Source: Hyphomicrobiaceae bacterium (lineage in GTDB: Bacteria; Pseudomonadota; Alphaproteobacteria; Rhizobiales; Hyphomicrobiaceae). Taken from it: DNA of 48,129 bases. The notes under the pieces are model-generated. The model had not been told where the DNA came from, searched no databases, and worked only from the letters and a program-made list of their open reading frames with translations. A program made the position numbers and the translations under genes. Below are positions 8,389-18,352 of the stretch, piece by piece (position 1 is the stretch's first letter; the number at the start of each line of letters is the position of its first letter). The stretch lies in the NCBI GenBank assembly GCA_031365375.1, contig JANLXZ010000253.1, positions 1 to 48,129 of the forward strand. Reading direction: 5' to 3'.

Positions 8389-10178
8389 ATGTTCATGACC
8401 TTGCCTATCCATTTCCGTCCGCCACTTTCCGCAATTCTACAGGAGCGGTCGAACCGCAAGCTTATCGACGGCGGCTGGGTAATGACAGAAAGTGGCCCGT
8501 CGCGCAAACGAGAAAGAACGAGGTCCTGCTGCGGAGGTGAAATGTCGCGGCGCATGCTGAAGCAATCTTCATTTCAACATGCGTGTTGCGCAACGGCGCT
8601 GAGTCAGCTTGTGGTCATGTTCGCCGACATGGTCGACTATAGTCGGCGACTCGAGGCGGACGAGGTAACCAACTCCGCGCAAGTTACCCGCTCGATCGAT
8701 TTGTTCACATCGCTCATCGCCAACTATGGCGGCCATGTTGCCAACGTTGCGGGTGACGGCATACTCGCACTGTAAACGTGGCCGCACGTTTGCAGGTTCT
8801 GGCCAAGCCCGGTGAAATCCTAGTCAGCGAGCGTGTTCGACTGTCCGTCGTCGCTCATCCGCTAATAACCTTCAGGTCGCTCGGTCGTCCTGCCCTCAAG
8901 AACGTCATGGAGCCGATCGAGGTATTCTCGGTCGATCAATCCGGGGCCCAAACCGAGCGGCCAATCGTAATCCTGCGCAATGCGCCACCGCCGGCGCCCG
9001 AGCCCGCGCGGCAGCCCTCGGTCGCAGTGCTGGCATTGAGTAACCTGTCGGGCGATCCCTCAAACGACCACCTTTGCGAAGGCATTGTCGAGGATGTGAT
9101 CGCAAATCTGAGCCGCTTCCGCAACCTGCTGGTCGTCGCCCGCCACTCGGCGTTCCTGTTCAGTCTCAAGACGCTTTCCGCACGCGAGATCGGGGCGCGC
9201 CTCGGTGTGCGTTACCTTCTGGGTGGTAGCATGCGCCGTGCCGGCAAGCGCCTGCGCATTGCAGTCGAACTGACGGATGCAGAATTGGAGGGCGTTCTAT
9301 GGTCTGATCGTTTCGAAGTTGGGATTGATGAGCTCTTCGAGGTGCAAGACGAGATCGCTGGCGCGGTCGCCTCGCGACTAGCCGTCCAGATCGACTTTGC
9401 CCAGCAGAAGCAGGAGTCGCAGTATCCGCGCGACATGCGTGCCTATGGTCTCGTGCTGCGCGGCCAGCAGTTGCTCCTGCGGTTCTCCAAAGAGGCCAAT
9501 ACCCACGCGCGTCTGCTGTTCGACGAGGCGATCGAGAACGCACCGAACTATGGGCGCGCCTATAGCGGTCTGTCACGAACGCACAATCTCGACTGGCGCT
9601 ATTCATGGTCCTCCGCGCCGGATGCATCGCTGGAGACCGCGGTCGATCTTGCGCGCAAAGCCATTTTACACGACCAGCTCGATGCCCGCGGCTTTGCCGA
9701 GCTCGGCTTTGCCAAGCTCTACCAGAAGCGCCATGATGAATCTTTGGCCGAGTATAAGCGCGCAGTAGCACTCAATCCGAATGATGCAGACATCCTGGCC
9801 GAACATGCCGATTCGCTCGTCTATGCCGGACAACCTAGGCAAGCAATCGATCTTCTTGATAGGGCGATGCGGCTCAATCCATACTATCCCGACTGGTATT
9901 TGTGGTATCTCGCGGATGCTCACAATGCGATGGGAAGTTCAGCCGACGTAATCGATGCGGTGCATCGTATGCAAAACCCCGACGAAGGCCGGCGGTTGCT
10001 CGCAGCGAACTTCGCTCACCTCGGCCTCATGGATCAGGCCCACGCAGCAGCTCGGGAAGTCATGCGGCTTCACCCGGGGTTCACGATCAGCCGCTGGCGC
10101 CACCGGCCTCCCTACCGCAACAGCGCCATCCTCGAGCGATATGTCGAAGGCCTACGAAAGGCCGGTTTGCCCGATTGA
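8389..10178 (+). pseudogene. Class III adenylate/guanylate cyclase fused to TolB-like/TPR module, disrupted by an internal out-of-frame deletion
   Basis: ORF 8389..8775 carries the first half of a cyclase homology domain (LVVMFADMVDYSRRL...GGHVANVAGDGILAL-stop). A different frame continues immediately with (T)VNVAARLQVLAKPGEILVSERV...IEVFSV. After that comes the usual VAVLALSNLSGDP...IVEDVIANLSR module and TPR repeats. About 50 residues of the domain core are missing. Confidence 0.7.
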
Positions 10179-10428
10179 AGCCGCCACCAGCGCAGCACAT
10201 CGCCGTGCTGCAGGACCGAAAGTTCTTCATCGCGATTTGCCCAATAGTGCGCCCAATATACGCGATGCTTGATTGTTGCCGATGTTGTAATGTCTATATA
10301 GTCCAGAGCCGTTATCCATTCCGGGCGAATGGATGCCTCAAGCAAAAGCAGGTATAAATGCGGGTATCGAGCCACCCAATTAACAACTCGCGTGGAAAAA
10401 CTTCTGAAATACAGGATGTTAAAATACC

Positions 10429-11034
10429 ATGATCCTGCTCATCGATAACTACGACAGCTTTACCTACAATCTCGTCCACTACCTGGGTGAGCTCGGCGGA
10501 GTATGCGAGGTGCATCGCAACGACGAGATCACGGTCGAAGCCGCACTCAAGCTGAAGCCACAGGCGATTGTTTTATCGCCGGGACCCTGCACACCCAACG
10601 AAGCTGGCATTTGCCTCGACCTAATCCGCGCTGCGGGCGCGTCGATCCCCATCCTTGGCGTATGCCTTGGGCACCAGTCGATTGGCCAAGTTTACGGCGG
10701 CAAGGTGATCCGTGCCGGCCTTCCTATGCACGGCAAAATATCGAGCATCAAGCATGGCAATCAGGGCCTGTTCGCCGGCTTGCCCGGCAAAATTGATGTC
10801 ACGCGCTATCACTCATTGATCATCGAGCGGGCAACGCTGCCAGCCGACCTTAAAGTGACTGCCGAAACAAGCGATGGCATTATCATGGGTCTACAGCACA
10901 AGACGCACCCGGTGCATGGCGTCCAGTTTCATCCCGAGAGCATCGCCTCCGAGCACGGTCACGATCTGCTGGCCAATTTCCTGAAACTCGCCGGCTTTTC
11001 ACCAAAACGACGTAACGCACCGAAAGCTGCCTGA
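10429..11034 (+). CDS. trpG: Anthranilate synthase component II / aminodeoxychorismate synthase glutamine amidotransferase
   Basis: MILLIDNYDSFTYNLVHYL, the catalytic Cys in PILGVCLGHQ, and the His/Glu in GVQFHPES. It lies directly upstream of trpD. Confidence 0.9.
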   Translation: MILLIDNYDSFTYNLVHYLGELGGVCEVHRNDEITVEAALKLKPQAIVLSPGPCTPNEAGICLDLIRAAGASIPILGVCLGHQSIGQVYGGKVIRAGLPMHGKISSIKHGNQGLFAGLPGKIDVTRYHSLIIERATLPADLKVTAETSDGIIMGLQHKTHPVHGVQFHPESIASEHGHDLLANFLKLAGFSPKRRNAPKAA

Positions 11035-11037
11035 CCG

Positions 11038-12060
11038 ATGCCGGCACAAAAACTGAAATTTCTCATCCAAAAAGTTTCGACGGGCGCAACGCTGACCACG
11101 GCCGAGATGCGCACCGCGCTCGAAATCATGACCGACGGCCACGCGACGCCAGCGCAAATGGGTGCATGCCTGATGGCGTTGCGCGTCCGGGGCGAAACCG
11201 TCGAAGAAATCACCGGTGCCGCTCAGATGGCCCGAGCCCGTATGAAACACGTGACTGCGCCCAAGGGTGCGGTGGACATCGTGGGCACCGGGGGTGATGG
11301 CCACGGCACTTACAACGTGTCGACGTGCGCAGCGCTCGTTGCGGCCGGAGCAGGTCTGAAGGTTGCCAAGCACGGCAACCGCGCGGCGTCCTCATTATCG
11401 GGAGCGTCAGATGTGTTGGCGGCCCTCGGCGTCAAGCTCGACACCACCCCAGAGGTGATCACCAAGGCGATAGACGAAGCCAACGTCGGCTTCATGTGGG
11501 CGCAGATGCACCATCCAGCGTTCAAGTATTGGGCGCAGGTGCGCGGTGATCTGGGCATCCGCACTTTGTTCAACCTGCTCGGGCCGATCTCCAATCCGGC
11601 CAGCGTGACGCGGCAAGTCGTCGGCGTGTTTTCGAAAGAATGGGTCGAGCCGATCGCGAAAGTGCTGCTGAATTTGGGCGCAGAGCACGTATGGGTCGTA
11701 CACGGCCATGATGGCCTGGACGAGCTGACCACCACCGGCTCGACCGACGTCGCCGAGGTCAAGGACGGCCAGATCCGCACGTTCGAGGTGACGCCGGCCG
11801 ATGCCGGCCTGCAACCGGCCAAACTTTCGGATCTCAAAGGCGGAGACGCGAACACGAACGCGGCAGCAATCCGCGACGTACTGGCGGGCAAACCTGGCCC
11901 GTTCCGCGACATTGTGCTGCTGAATGCGGCCGCGGCGTTGATCGTCGGCGGCAAAGTGCAAACGCTGACGGAAGGCGTCGCACTGGCATCGCGATCCATC
12001 GACAGTGGTGCAGCAGGACGCGCGCTCGAGAAACTGATTGCCGTGAGTAACGCTACGTGA
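11038..12060 (+). CDS. trpD: Anthranilate phosphoribosyltransferase
   Basis: [32 protein letters not shown], and the length (340 aa) are all classic TrpD. Confidence 0.93.
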   Translation: MPAQKLKFLIQKVSTGATLTTAEMRTALEIMTDGHATPAQMGACLMALRVRGETVEEITGAAQMARARMKHVTAPKGAVDIVGTGGDGHGTYNVSTCAALVAAGAGLKVAKHGNRAASSLSGASDVLAALGVKLDTTPEVITKAIDEANVGFMWAQMHHPAFKYWAQVRGDLGIRTLFNLLGPISNPASVTRQVVGVFSKEWVEPIAKVLLNLGAEHVWVVHGHDGLDELTTTGSTDVAEVKDGQIRTFEVTPADAGLQPAKLSDLKGGDANTNAAAIRDVLAGKPGPFRDIVLLNAAAALIVGGKVQTLTEGVALASRSIDSGAAGRALEKLIAVSNAT

Positions 12061-13196
12061 TGGTACCGACAAAAACTTTCAAGCCGCTGGAAGGCCTCCT
12101 TGTCGTCTCGCTCGAACAGGCGGTTGCAGCGCCGATGGCTAGCCGGCGCTTGGCCGATGCTGGTGCTCGCGTCATCAAGCTGGAACGCCCCGAAGGTGAT
12201 TTCGCGCGCGGTTACGATCGCGTTGCACACGGCCAGAGCTCCTATTTCGTCTGGCTCAACCGGGGTAAGGAAAGTGTGCGGGTCGACATGACCAAGCCCG
12301 ATGACCTCGCGCTGTTCGACGCGCTGCTCGCAAAAGCCGATGTCTTCATACAGAACCTGAAACCAGGTTCGTTGGCGCGCCTCGGCTATCCATTCGACGC
12401 CTTGCGCAAGCGCTTCCCGCGGTTGATCATCTGCTCGATCTCGGGCTACGGCGAGACCGGTCCGAACGCAACGCGCAAGGCGTATGATCTCCTGATCCAG
12501 ACTGAGGCCGGCTTGGCGTCAGTGACCGGCGGTCCGGAAGCGCCGGGCCGGGTCGGCGTATCGATCGTCGATCTGTCGACGGGCATGAACGCCTACGAAG
12601 CGATCCTCGAAGCGCTGATCGGGCGCGGTCGCACTGGCGAGGGATGCGACATCCGCGTCTCGATGTTCGACACTGTCGCCGAATGGATGGCGGTGCCGAT
12701 GTTGCATGCGGAAGCCGGCTCGCCGCCGAAGCGGATTGGCCTGGCCCATCCTTCACTATCGCCCTACGGCGTGTTCGAGACCAAGGATGGCGCGCAGATA
12801 TTGATCAGCATCCAGAACGATCGCGAGTGGCTCGCCTTCGCGCGCGATGTCCTCAAGCAACCCGATCTTGCCCGCGACGAACGATTTGCAACCACCGTCG
12901 CGCGCCTTTCCAATCGGGGCGAAACGGATGCCATCGTCGCAGCTTGCTTCGCAGCGCTGACGGCTACCGACATGATCCGGCTGCTGAATAGCGCGGATGT
13001 CGCTTATGGACAAGTCAGCGACCTCGATACACTCTTGCTCCACTCAAATCTCCGTCGCATCAGCGTTGCCACGCCGGCCGGCGAAGTGAGACTGCCAGCG
13101 CCTGCGGCCCAAGTGCAGGGCGTTACTCAAACTTTCAACGGCATACCGGCACTTGGTGCCAACGATGTGTCGGTCCGGGCCGAGTTTCTCAGGTAA
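12060..13196 (+). CDS. Family III CoA-transferase (CaiB/BaiF family)
   Basis: KPLEGLLVVSLEQAVAAPMASRRLADAGARVIKLERPEGDFAR and GRVGVSIVDLSTG are typical of family III CoA-transferases. The ATG at 12060 shares one base with the trpD TGA (12058..12060). A GTG at 12057 is an alternative start. Confidence 0.85.
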   Translation: MVPTKTFKPLEGLLVVSLEQAVAAPMASRRLADAGARVIKLERPEGDFARGYDRVAHGQSSYFVWLNRGKESVRVDMTKPDDLALFDALLAKADVFIQNLKPGSLARLGYPFDALRKRFPRLIICSISGYGETGPNATRKAYDLLIQTEAGLASVTGGPEAPGRVGVSIVDLSTGMNAYEAILEALIGRGRTGEGCDIRVSMFDTVAEWMAVPMLHAEAGSPPKRIGLAHPSLSPYGVFETKDGAQILISIQNDREWLAFARDVLKQPDLARDERFATTVARLSNRGETDAIVAACFAALTATDMIRLLNSADVAYGQVSDLDTLLLHSNLRRISVATPAGEVRLPAPAAQVQGVTQTFNGIPALGANDVSVRAEFLR

Positions 13197-13279
13197 CGAC
13201 GGTCGTGCCTGCTTGCGTTTCGCGTTGGATCGCCGGATGCTGCAGCGGGCCTTCCCCGCTTCGCAATTGAAGCCATTGG

Positions 13280-15934
13280 ATGAGATCTATGAGAACCGAC
13301 ACGCCACACGCCATTCTGCTCAAAGACTATAAGCCGCCGGCATTTTTAATCGATACCGTCAATCTGGATGTCAGCCTCGAGCCGAACACAACCCGTGTTC
13401 GATCCAAACTGAAGATGCGCCGCAATCCCGCGGTCGCGGGCGGTGGTGCGCTACAGCTCGATGGCGAGGGCATGCATCTCGAGCAGATCAAGCTCGACGG
13501 CCGCGTGCTTTCTGTCGCCGACTACACGATCACCGATACCGCACTGACCATCTCGCATGTGCCCGAAAAACCATTTGCTCTCGAGATTACGACCGTCATC
13601 GATCCGGAAGCCAACAAGGCGCTGCAAGGCCTTTACAGATCCAAAGGCATTTATTGTACGCAATGCGAGGCGCAAGGCTTCCGGCGGATCACTTATTTTC
13701 TGGATCGACCGGACGTTCTCGCCCGATATACGACGCGTATCGAAGCGGACATGAACGATGCCTCGGTGTTGCTTGGCAATGGTAATCCCACCGAGCGCGG
13801 AACGCTTGATCGTGGTCGCCGGCACTACGCTGTCTGGAAAGACCCGCATCCCAAGCCCTGCTATCTCTTCGCACTGGTCGGCGGCAATTTAAAATCCGTC
13901 GCATCATCCTTTCGCACGAAATCGGGCCGGGCCGTCGATCTGACGATCTATGTCGAACCGGGCAAGGAAGGGCGTTGCGCCTGGGCCATGGATAGCCTCA
14001 AACGCTCGATGGCGTGGGACGAACGCCGATTCGGCCGCGAGTACGATCTCGACGTGTTCAATATCGTTGCCGTGTCGGACTTCAACATGGGCGCGATGGA
14101 GAACAAGGGGCTCAACATCTTCAACGACCGTCTTGTTCTCGCCACTCCCGAGACCGCGACTGACGCTGCCTACGAGGCGATTGAGGCGGTGATCGCGCAC
14201 GAGTATTTCCACAATTGGACCGGTAATCGCATCACCTGCCGGGATTGGTTTCAGCTCTGCCTCAAGGAAGGCTTGACAGTCTTCCGCGACCAAGAATTTT
14301 CATCCGACGAGCGTAGTCGCACGGCTCAACGCATCCAGGATGTGCGACAACTCAAGGCGCGCCAGTTCCCGGAGGATGCTGGACCATTGGCCCACCCGGT
14401 TCGCCCCGAGAGCTATATCGAGATCAATAATTTCTACACGCCGACCGTCTACGAAAAGGGGGCCGAACTCTGCCGCATGTTGCAGACCATTCTTGGCACG
14501 ACCGGTTTCGCGCGCGGCCTCGACTTGTATTTCAAACGGCACGACGGCGACGCTGCGACCGTCGAGGACTTTCTGGCCTGTTTGAGCGACGCCACTGGTG
14601 TCGATCTAGCGCAGTTCAAACTCTGGTATTCTCAGCCTGGCACACCGGAACTGGTGGCGAATTTTAGCTATGATGCCACGCGCAAGCGTGCCGAGTTGAC
14701 GCTCGAACAAGTCATGCGGACGAGCCTAGCGGACAACAAGAAAAAGCCATTCCATATTCCAGTTATCTTAGGGCTGCTCGGACCCGACGGGCAAGATTTG
14801 CCGCTTGTCTTAGAGACCGGCGACGCCGTTGCGGATGGGCTGATCCACCTCACGAAACGAAGCCAAACGTGGCGGTTCAAGGATCTACCCTCGCGGCCGG
14901 TGTTGTCATTATTGCGGGGCTTTTCCGCGCCCGTGAACCTGACCATCAACCGATCCGACGATGATCTGGCGTTTTTGATGGCGCATGACCGGGACCTCTA
15001 CAATCGTTGGCAAGCGGGCCAAGACTATGCACTGCGCGTCCTGCTCGCGGCGGTCGAAGTCATGAAGTCGGGCAATCGACCGGCGAAGCCAGAAAAACTG
15101 ATCGCAGCCTTGCAAAAAACGGTCGCCGACGACATGATCGAGCCCGCCTTAAAGGCGCAGATGCTGACGTTGCCCGGTGAGGCCGAAGTTGCCCGTGCCA
15201 TGGCCCGGGACATTGATCCGGCGGCGATCCATCTCGCCTGTCGTGGCTTGCGCCGTCAGGTGGGCACCGCGCTCGCCATCCCATTGGCTGAGACGTACAA
15301 GCAGATTGAAATCAAGGAACCCTATTCCCCCGATGCAGAGAATGCCGGCAAGCGATCGTTGCGCAATACGGCACTCTCGTTGTTGACCGCGCGTGGCCGG
15401 GCGGAAGATGTGGCCCGGGCGGCCAAGCATTTTTCATCCGCACGCAATGCCACGGACGAAATAGATGCGCTCGGAATTCTCTCAAACGTGCGCGGACCTG
15501 AACGCTCAAAGGCGCTGGACCGGTTCCATGACAAATGGTCGAACGATCACCTGGTGATCGACAACTGGTTCGCCTATCAGGCGTCTTCCTCGTTGCCCTC
15601 GTGCCTTTCGACCGTCAAACGATTGACGCAACATCCGTTATTTCAAGCGAAAAACCCCAACAAATTACGCGGTCTAATTGGTGTATTCGCGGCCAATCCG
15701 GTCAATTTCAATCGTCCGGACGGCCTTGGCTACGAGTTCGTTGCCGACAAAGTATTGGAAATCGATGGATTCAATCCTCAAGTTGCATCGCGAATTCTGA
15801 CATCCTTTCGAAGTTGGCGCAGTCTTGAGCCTGGGCGTCGCAAGCTCGCCCGCCGCGCACTCAACCGCATCGCGAAGTCGAAGAAACTTTCGCGCGACGT
15901 AAGCGAAATCGTTATGCGCATGCTGGACGCCTGA
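13280..15934 (+). CDS. pepN: Aminopeptidase N (M1 family)
   Basis: The GAMEN motif (NMGAMENKGLNIF), the zinc motif HEYFHNWTGNRITCRDWFQLCLKEGLTVF (HExxH-18-E), and 884 aa. A second ATG at 13289 is an alternative start. Confidence 0.93.
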   Translation: MRSMRTDTPHAILLKDYKPPAFLIDTVNLDVSLEPNTTRVRSKLKMRRNPAVAGGGALQLDGEGMHLEQIKLDGRVLSVADYTITDTALTISHVPEKPFALEITTVIDPEANKALQGLYRSKGIYCTQCEAQGFRRITYFLDRPDVLARYTTRIEADMNDASVLLGNGNPTERGTLDRGRRHYAVWKDPHPKPCYLFALVGGNLKSVASSFRTKSGRAVDLTIYVEPGKEGRCAWAMDSLKRSMAWDERRFGREYDLDVFNIVAVSDFNMGAMENKGLNIFNDRLVLATPETATDAAYEAIEAVIAHEYFHNWTGNRITCRDWFQLCLKEGLTVFRDQEFSSDERSRTAQRIQDVRQLKARQFPEDAGPLAHPVRPESYIEINNFYTPTVYEKGAELCRMLQTILGTTGFARGLDLYFKRHDGDAATVEDFLACLSDATGVDLAQFKLWYSQPGTPELVANFSYDATRKRAELTLEQVMRTSLADNKKKPFHIPVILGLLGPDGQDLPLVLETGDAVADGLIHLTKRSQTWRFKDLPSRPVLSLLRGFSAPVNLTINRSDDDLAFLMAHDRDLYNRWQAGQDYALRVLLAAVEVMKSGNRPAKPEKLIAALQKTVADDMIEPALKAQMLTLPGEAEVARAMARDIDPAAIHLACRGLRRQVGTALAIPLAETYKQIEIKEPYSPDAENAGKRSLRNTALSLLTARGRAEDVARAAKHFSSARNATDEIDALGILSNVRGPERSKALDRFHDKWSNDHLVIDNWFAYQASSSLPSCLSTVKRLTQHPLFQAKNPNKLRGLIGVFAANPVNFNRPDGLGYEFVADKVLEIDGFNPQVASRILTSFRSWRSLEPGRRKLARRALNRIAKSKKLSRDVSEIVMRMLDA

Positions 15935-16107
15935 CGCCGGTATGAGCGTAAATCCGCACACAAATGATCACAGCTCCGGCAATTAGGATGTGGAGCATTT
16001 AAACTCTCTCGACACCCGAATCGAATTCTAGTGAAATGGGATCCAGCGATTCGACTGAGTAGCGTCGGTCGCGGGGCAAAGGGCACTTTCGAAAATTTGG
16101 GCAGGAG

Positions 16108-17289
16108 ATGAGGATGGCGTGGACCACGTCCGCCGCTAGCGGGAAAGCCTTGGCTAAACGCCAATGGTTGACGCTGCGATCAAGTCTGCTGATGGCGCAT
16201 CTCGCATTCCTTGCCCTGCTTTGGCACGACCGATCCGACGCGGCACTGACCACACCGGTGAACAGCGCTGCAGTTGACAATCCCGCGCTTGCGTCGAACC
16301 CGGCGGCGCTCGCGGTTGCAAGTGGAATTCTGTTGGCGCTAGCTCTGATGACGCGTTCATTACCGATGCCGAAGCTGTCGATGTTCTCGTGGCCCACGGC
16401 AAAATTTCTTCAAGCCCCGATCGTTGGCCGCACGATGCCCTCGACCGCGACGCAACGCATTGCCCAACCAGCCTGCTTCGTCGCGCATAGCATCCTCCCC
16501 GATGAAGCCTACGTGGGACTGATATCCCGCTTGCATCATGATTTGCGTACGCCACTAAATGCGATGATGGGCTTCGCCGACATGATGAACGCTGAAACGT
16601 TCGGCCCGCTCGGGGATGAGCGCTACCGTGCCTACGCGGCCCATATGCAGACCTGTGGCCGGGTGTTGCTCGAGGCAACAGAAACGACACTGGCGATGGC
16701 GGCCCTTCTGGCCCGCCCCAATCACCACGATACGACGACACGCACGCTTAGAGACTTGGTTTCGCAAGCCTGGAGCGAAACGGTGCACGGGCGGCCGAAC
16801 GACGCCTGCCGCCTGACGACTTATCTGCCGGAGAGCTTCACCATAAAAGGGGATATTCCATCGATCAAGCAGGGCATCGTCGCTCTGCTCGGTGCAGCGA
16901 TCACACGGGCGGGCTCACGAGGGCCAATCACCATAACCGCCAACAGCGACCACGACCGAATCGACGCATCGATTTCGGTTCAAGCCTCGCCTGATTCAGG
17001 CGCCCCCAGCAACGGCTGCCGGCCCGCGACAAGTGCATGCCCCGCAATCGAAGCATTAAAGACCACCGTATCGCGCACTCTGTTTGGCCTCCAGGGCATT
17101 CCCCTCGTCGAGGCGATCGACGCGTCCGGCAGGTGGACGGCGTCCTTGTCATTTGAAGCAGCCGCTCAATCCGATATGTTCGACGAAAGCGCGCTGAGCG
17201 GTTACGGCAAAAGCGACGCAAACCACACCGTCGCTTACTCGGCAGGTTTTTTCGCCGGCGGCTCCTTGTCGGAATCGCGATCAATTTGA
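16108..17289 (+). CDS. Histidine-kinase-like membrane protein with intact H-box and degenerate catalytic (ATP-binding) domain
   Basis: Hydrophobic N-terminal segments. A DHp region, LISRLHHDLRTPLNAMMGFADMMNAETFGPLGDERYRAYAAHMQTCGRVLLE, resembles PleC/PdhS-type kinases. The C-terminal region has no recognisable N, G1 or G2 boxes. An AGGAGATGAGG motif precedes the ATG. Confidence 0.65.
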   Translation: MRMAWTTSAASGKALAKRQWLTLRSSLLMAHLAFLALLWHDRSDAALTTPVNSAAVDNPALASNPAALAVASGILLALALMTRSLPMPKLSMFSWPTAKFLQAPIVGRTMPSTATQRIAQPACFVAHSILPDEAYVGLISRLHHDLRTPLNAMMGFADMMNAETFGPLGDERYRAYAAHMQTCGRVLLEATETTLAMAALLARPNHHDTTTRTLRDLVSQAWSETVHGRPNDACRLTTYLPESFTIKGDIPSIKQGIVALLGAAITRAGSRGPITITANSDHDRIDASISVQASPDSGAPSNGCRPATSACPAIEALKTTVSRTLFGLQGIPLVEAIDASGRWTASLSFEAAAQSDMFDESALSGYGKSDANHTVAYSAGFFAGGSLSESRSI

Positions 17290-17783
17290 CCGGGCTGTCC
17301 GGCGGGGCGACGCAACTCCCGCCATTTGATGAATCCAGCTCGCTCATCGGCTGTCATGCGGTCGGCGAAATCTGCCGCCAACTGCACAATCGTCTGACGC
17401 AGTTTTAGCTCCGCTGATTGAACACGTGCTTCGGCTGCCAAAAACGCATCCCGGCTGAACGGCTCTTGACCGAAGGCCAGTGCCGCCTCGCGGCGAGCAG
17501 CGCGAAGATCCTTGCGGAGTGGCCGCACCGACAACATGGGGCGCTCGTTCGGCAACGCCTGCCGGACCGCTTTCCGGCGATCATCCGGTAGCGTCGCCGT
17601 GTAGGCCATTAGATTGCCGATCAAGCCGCCACCGCCGCCAGCCGCTATATATCTCGACGGCCAAACCGACCGCGCAACGACACCAACGACAAACAAATTT
17701 ATCGCAAGCGAAGCGATCAACGCGATCCATACCCATCGAGGCAATCGACCGGCAGGTGCAGGTGCTGAAACCGGGCTGCTCAT
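17235..17783 (-). CDS. Periplasmic Spy/CpxP/ZraP-like (heavy-metal-sensor-type) protein with N-terminal TM anchor
   Basis: An N-terminal TM segment (WVWIALIASLAINLFVVGVV), then a helical Arg/Ala-rich region with an LTxxQ-like element (MTADERAGF). Its ATG overlaps the stop of the upstream anti-sigma candidate (ATGA at 17780..17783). Confidence 0.6.
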   Translation of the reverse strand: MSSPVSAPAPAGRLPRWVWIALIASLAINLFVVGVVARSVWPSRYIAAGGGGGLIGNLMAYTATLPDDRRKAVRQALPNERPMLSVRPLRKDLRAARREAALAFGQEPFSRDAFLAAEARVQSAELKLRQTIVQLAADFADRMTADERAGFIKWRELRRPAGQPGQIDRDSDKEPPAKKPAE

Positions 17784-18331
17784 AATACGTCCTCGTCCTG
17801 AAGACCACCATCTTCAAAAGCGGAAAGCTCTAGTGGATCACCAAAATTGCCTAGCCCGACGACGTCGGCGACGTCGTGAAATGCTGGAAACGTCGAGACG
17901 ATAGGGCCAATGAAAATCCCAAGGAGCAGCGATGCCGTCAGGAGAGCGCTGGCAACCCACCCCGCTCGCGGCAATCGCGGCACGTGGGCATGAGCGACCA
18001 AAGAGGGGCGAACATTTTGCCGCCCGAAGTGGCTCGCCTTTGGCTGCGCACTTTGGCACGACGTTTGGACGATCCGGTTCGCCAGATTGGCGATCCTGAC
18101 CGCATCGCCCGGCACCGGTGCGTCAAGCAATTGGTCGAGCGCACCGGCTTGCGCCAACTGGCGACGGGCATCTAAACCCGCTTGCGTGCTGGACTTCAAA
18201 AGCGCTTCAGCCGGCCCGCGTCGCTCGATCGGCCATCGCGCAGGATTACTGCCATAGGTATCGACCAGCCGCTCGAAAGCGGTAACATTGCCCGCACCGG
18301 CTTCTTCGTTGTCATCTCGGTTCATCGACAT
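17780..18331 (-). CDS. Putative anti-sigma factor (single-pass membrane protein)
   Basis: Lies 21 nt downstream of the ECF sigma gene. It has a cytoplasmic N-terminal helical segment and one TM helix (WVASALLTASLLLGIFIGPIV). The call rests on position and architecture only. Confidence 0.5.
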   Translation of the reverse strand: MSMNRDDNEEAGAGNVTAFERLVDTYGSNPARWPIERRGPAEALLKSSTQAGLDARRQLAQAGALDQLLDAPVPGDAVRIANLANRIVQTSCQSAQPKASHFGRQNVRPSLVAHAHVPRLPRAGWVASALLTASLLLGIFIGPIVSTFPAFHDVADVVGLGNFGDPLELSAFEDGGLQDEDVL

Positions 18332-18352
18332 AGACGTACAGCCTTCAGTGTT

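Noticed and set aside
8373-8555. 60-codon minus-strand ORF immediately after the tfuA stop, considered as a possible RiPP precursor.
   Set aside because: It is on the opposite strand to ycaO/tfuA, overlaps the 5' part of the cyclase ORF, and has no leader/core-like organisation or RBS.
10192-10211. Perfect 7-bp stem hairpin GCAGCAC-atcgcc-GTGCTGC just after the stop of the TPR gene. Possible terminator.
   Set aside because: No U-tract follows it and the stem is short, so I cannot support an intrinsic terminator call.
10112-10375. 87-codon minus-strand ORF spanning the AT-rich trpG upstream region and the end of the TPR gene.
   Set aside because: It has no RBS, no motif and an odd composition, and it overlaps a confident gene end. 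The region is more plausibly the trpG promoter/leader. A 6-bp hairpin at about 10316..10332 also lacks terminator features.
11310-12230. Long antisense ORFs opposite confident genes. Examples: 11310..12230(-) over trpD, 20284..21111(+) over glnE, 22362..23090(+) over the kinase, 40134..41051(-) over secD, 41944..42627(-) over secF, 16154..16741(-), 9166..9771(-) and 44539..45189(-).
   Set aside because: These are typical shadow ORFs of GC-rich DNA. Their translations are Arg/Ala/Pro/Gly-rich with no motifs, while the opposite strand carries unmistakable family signatures.
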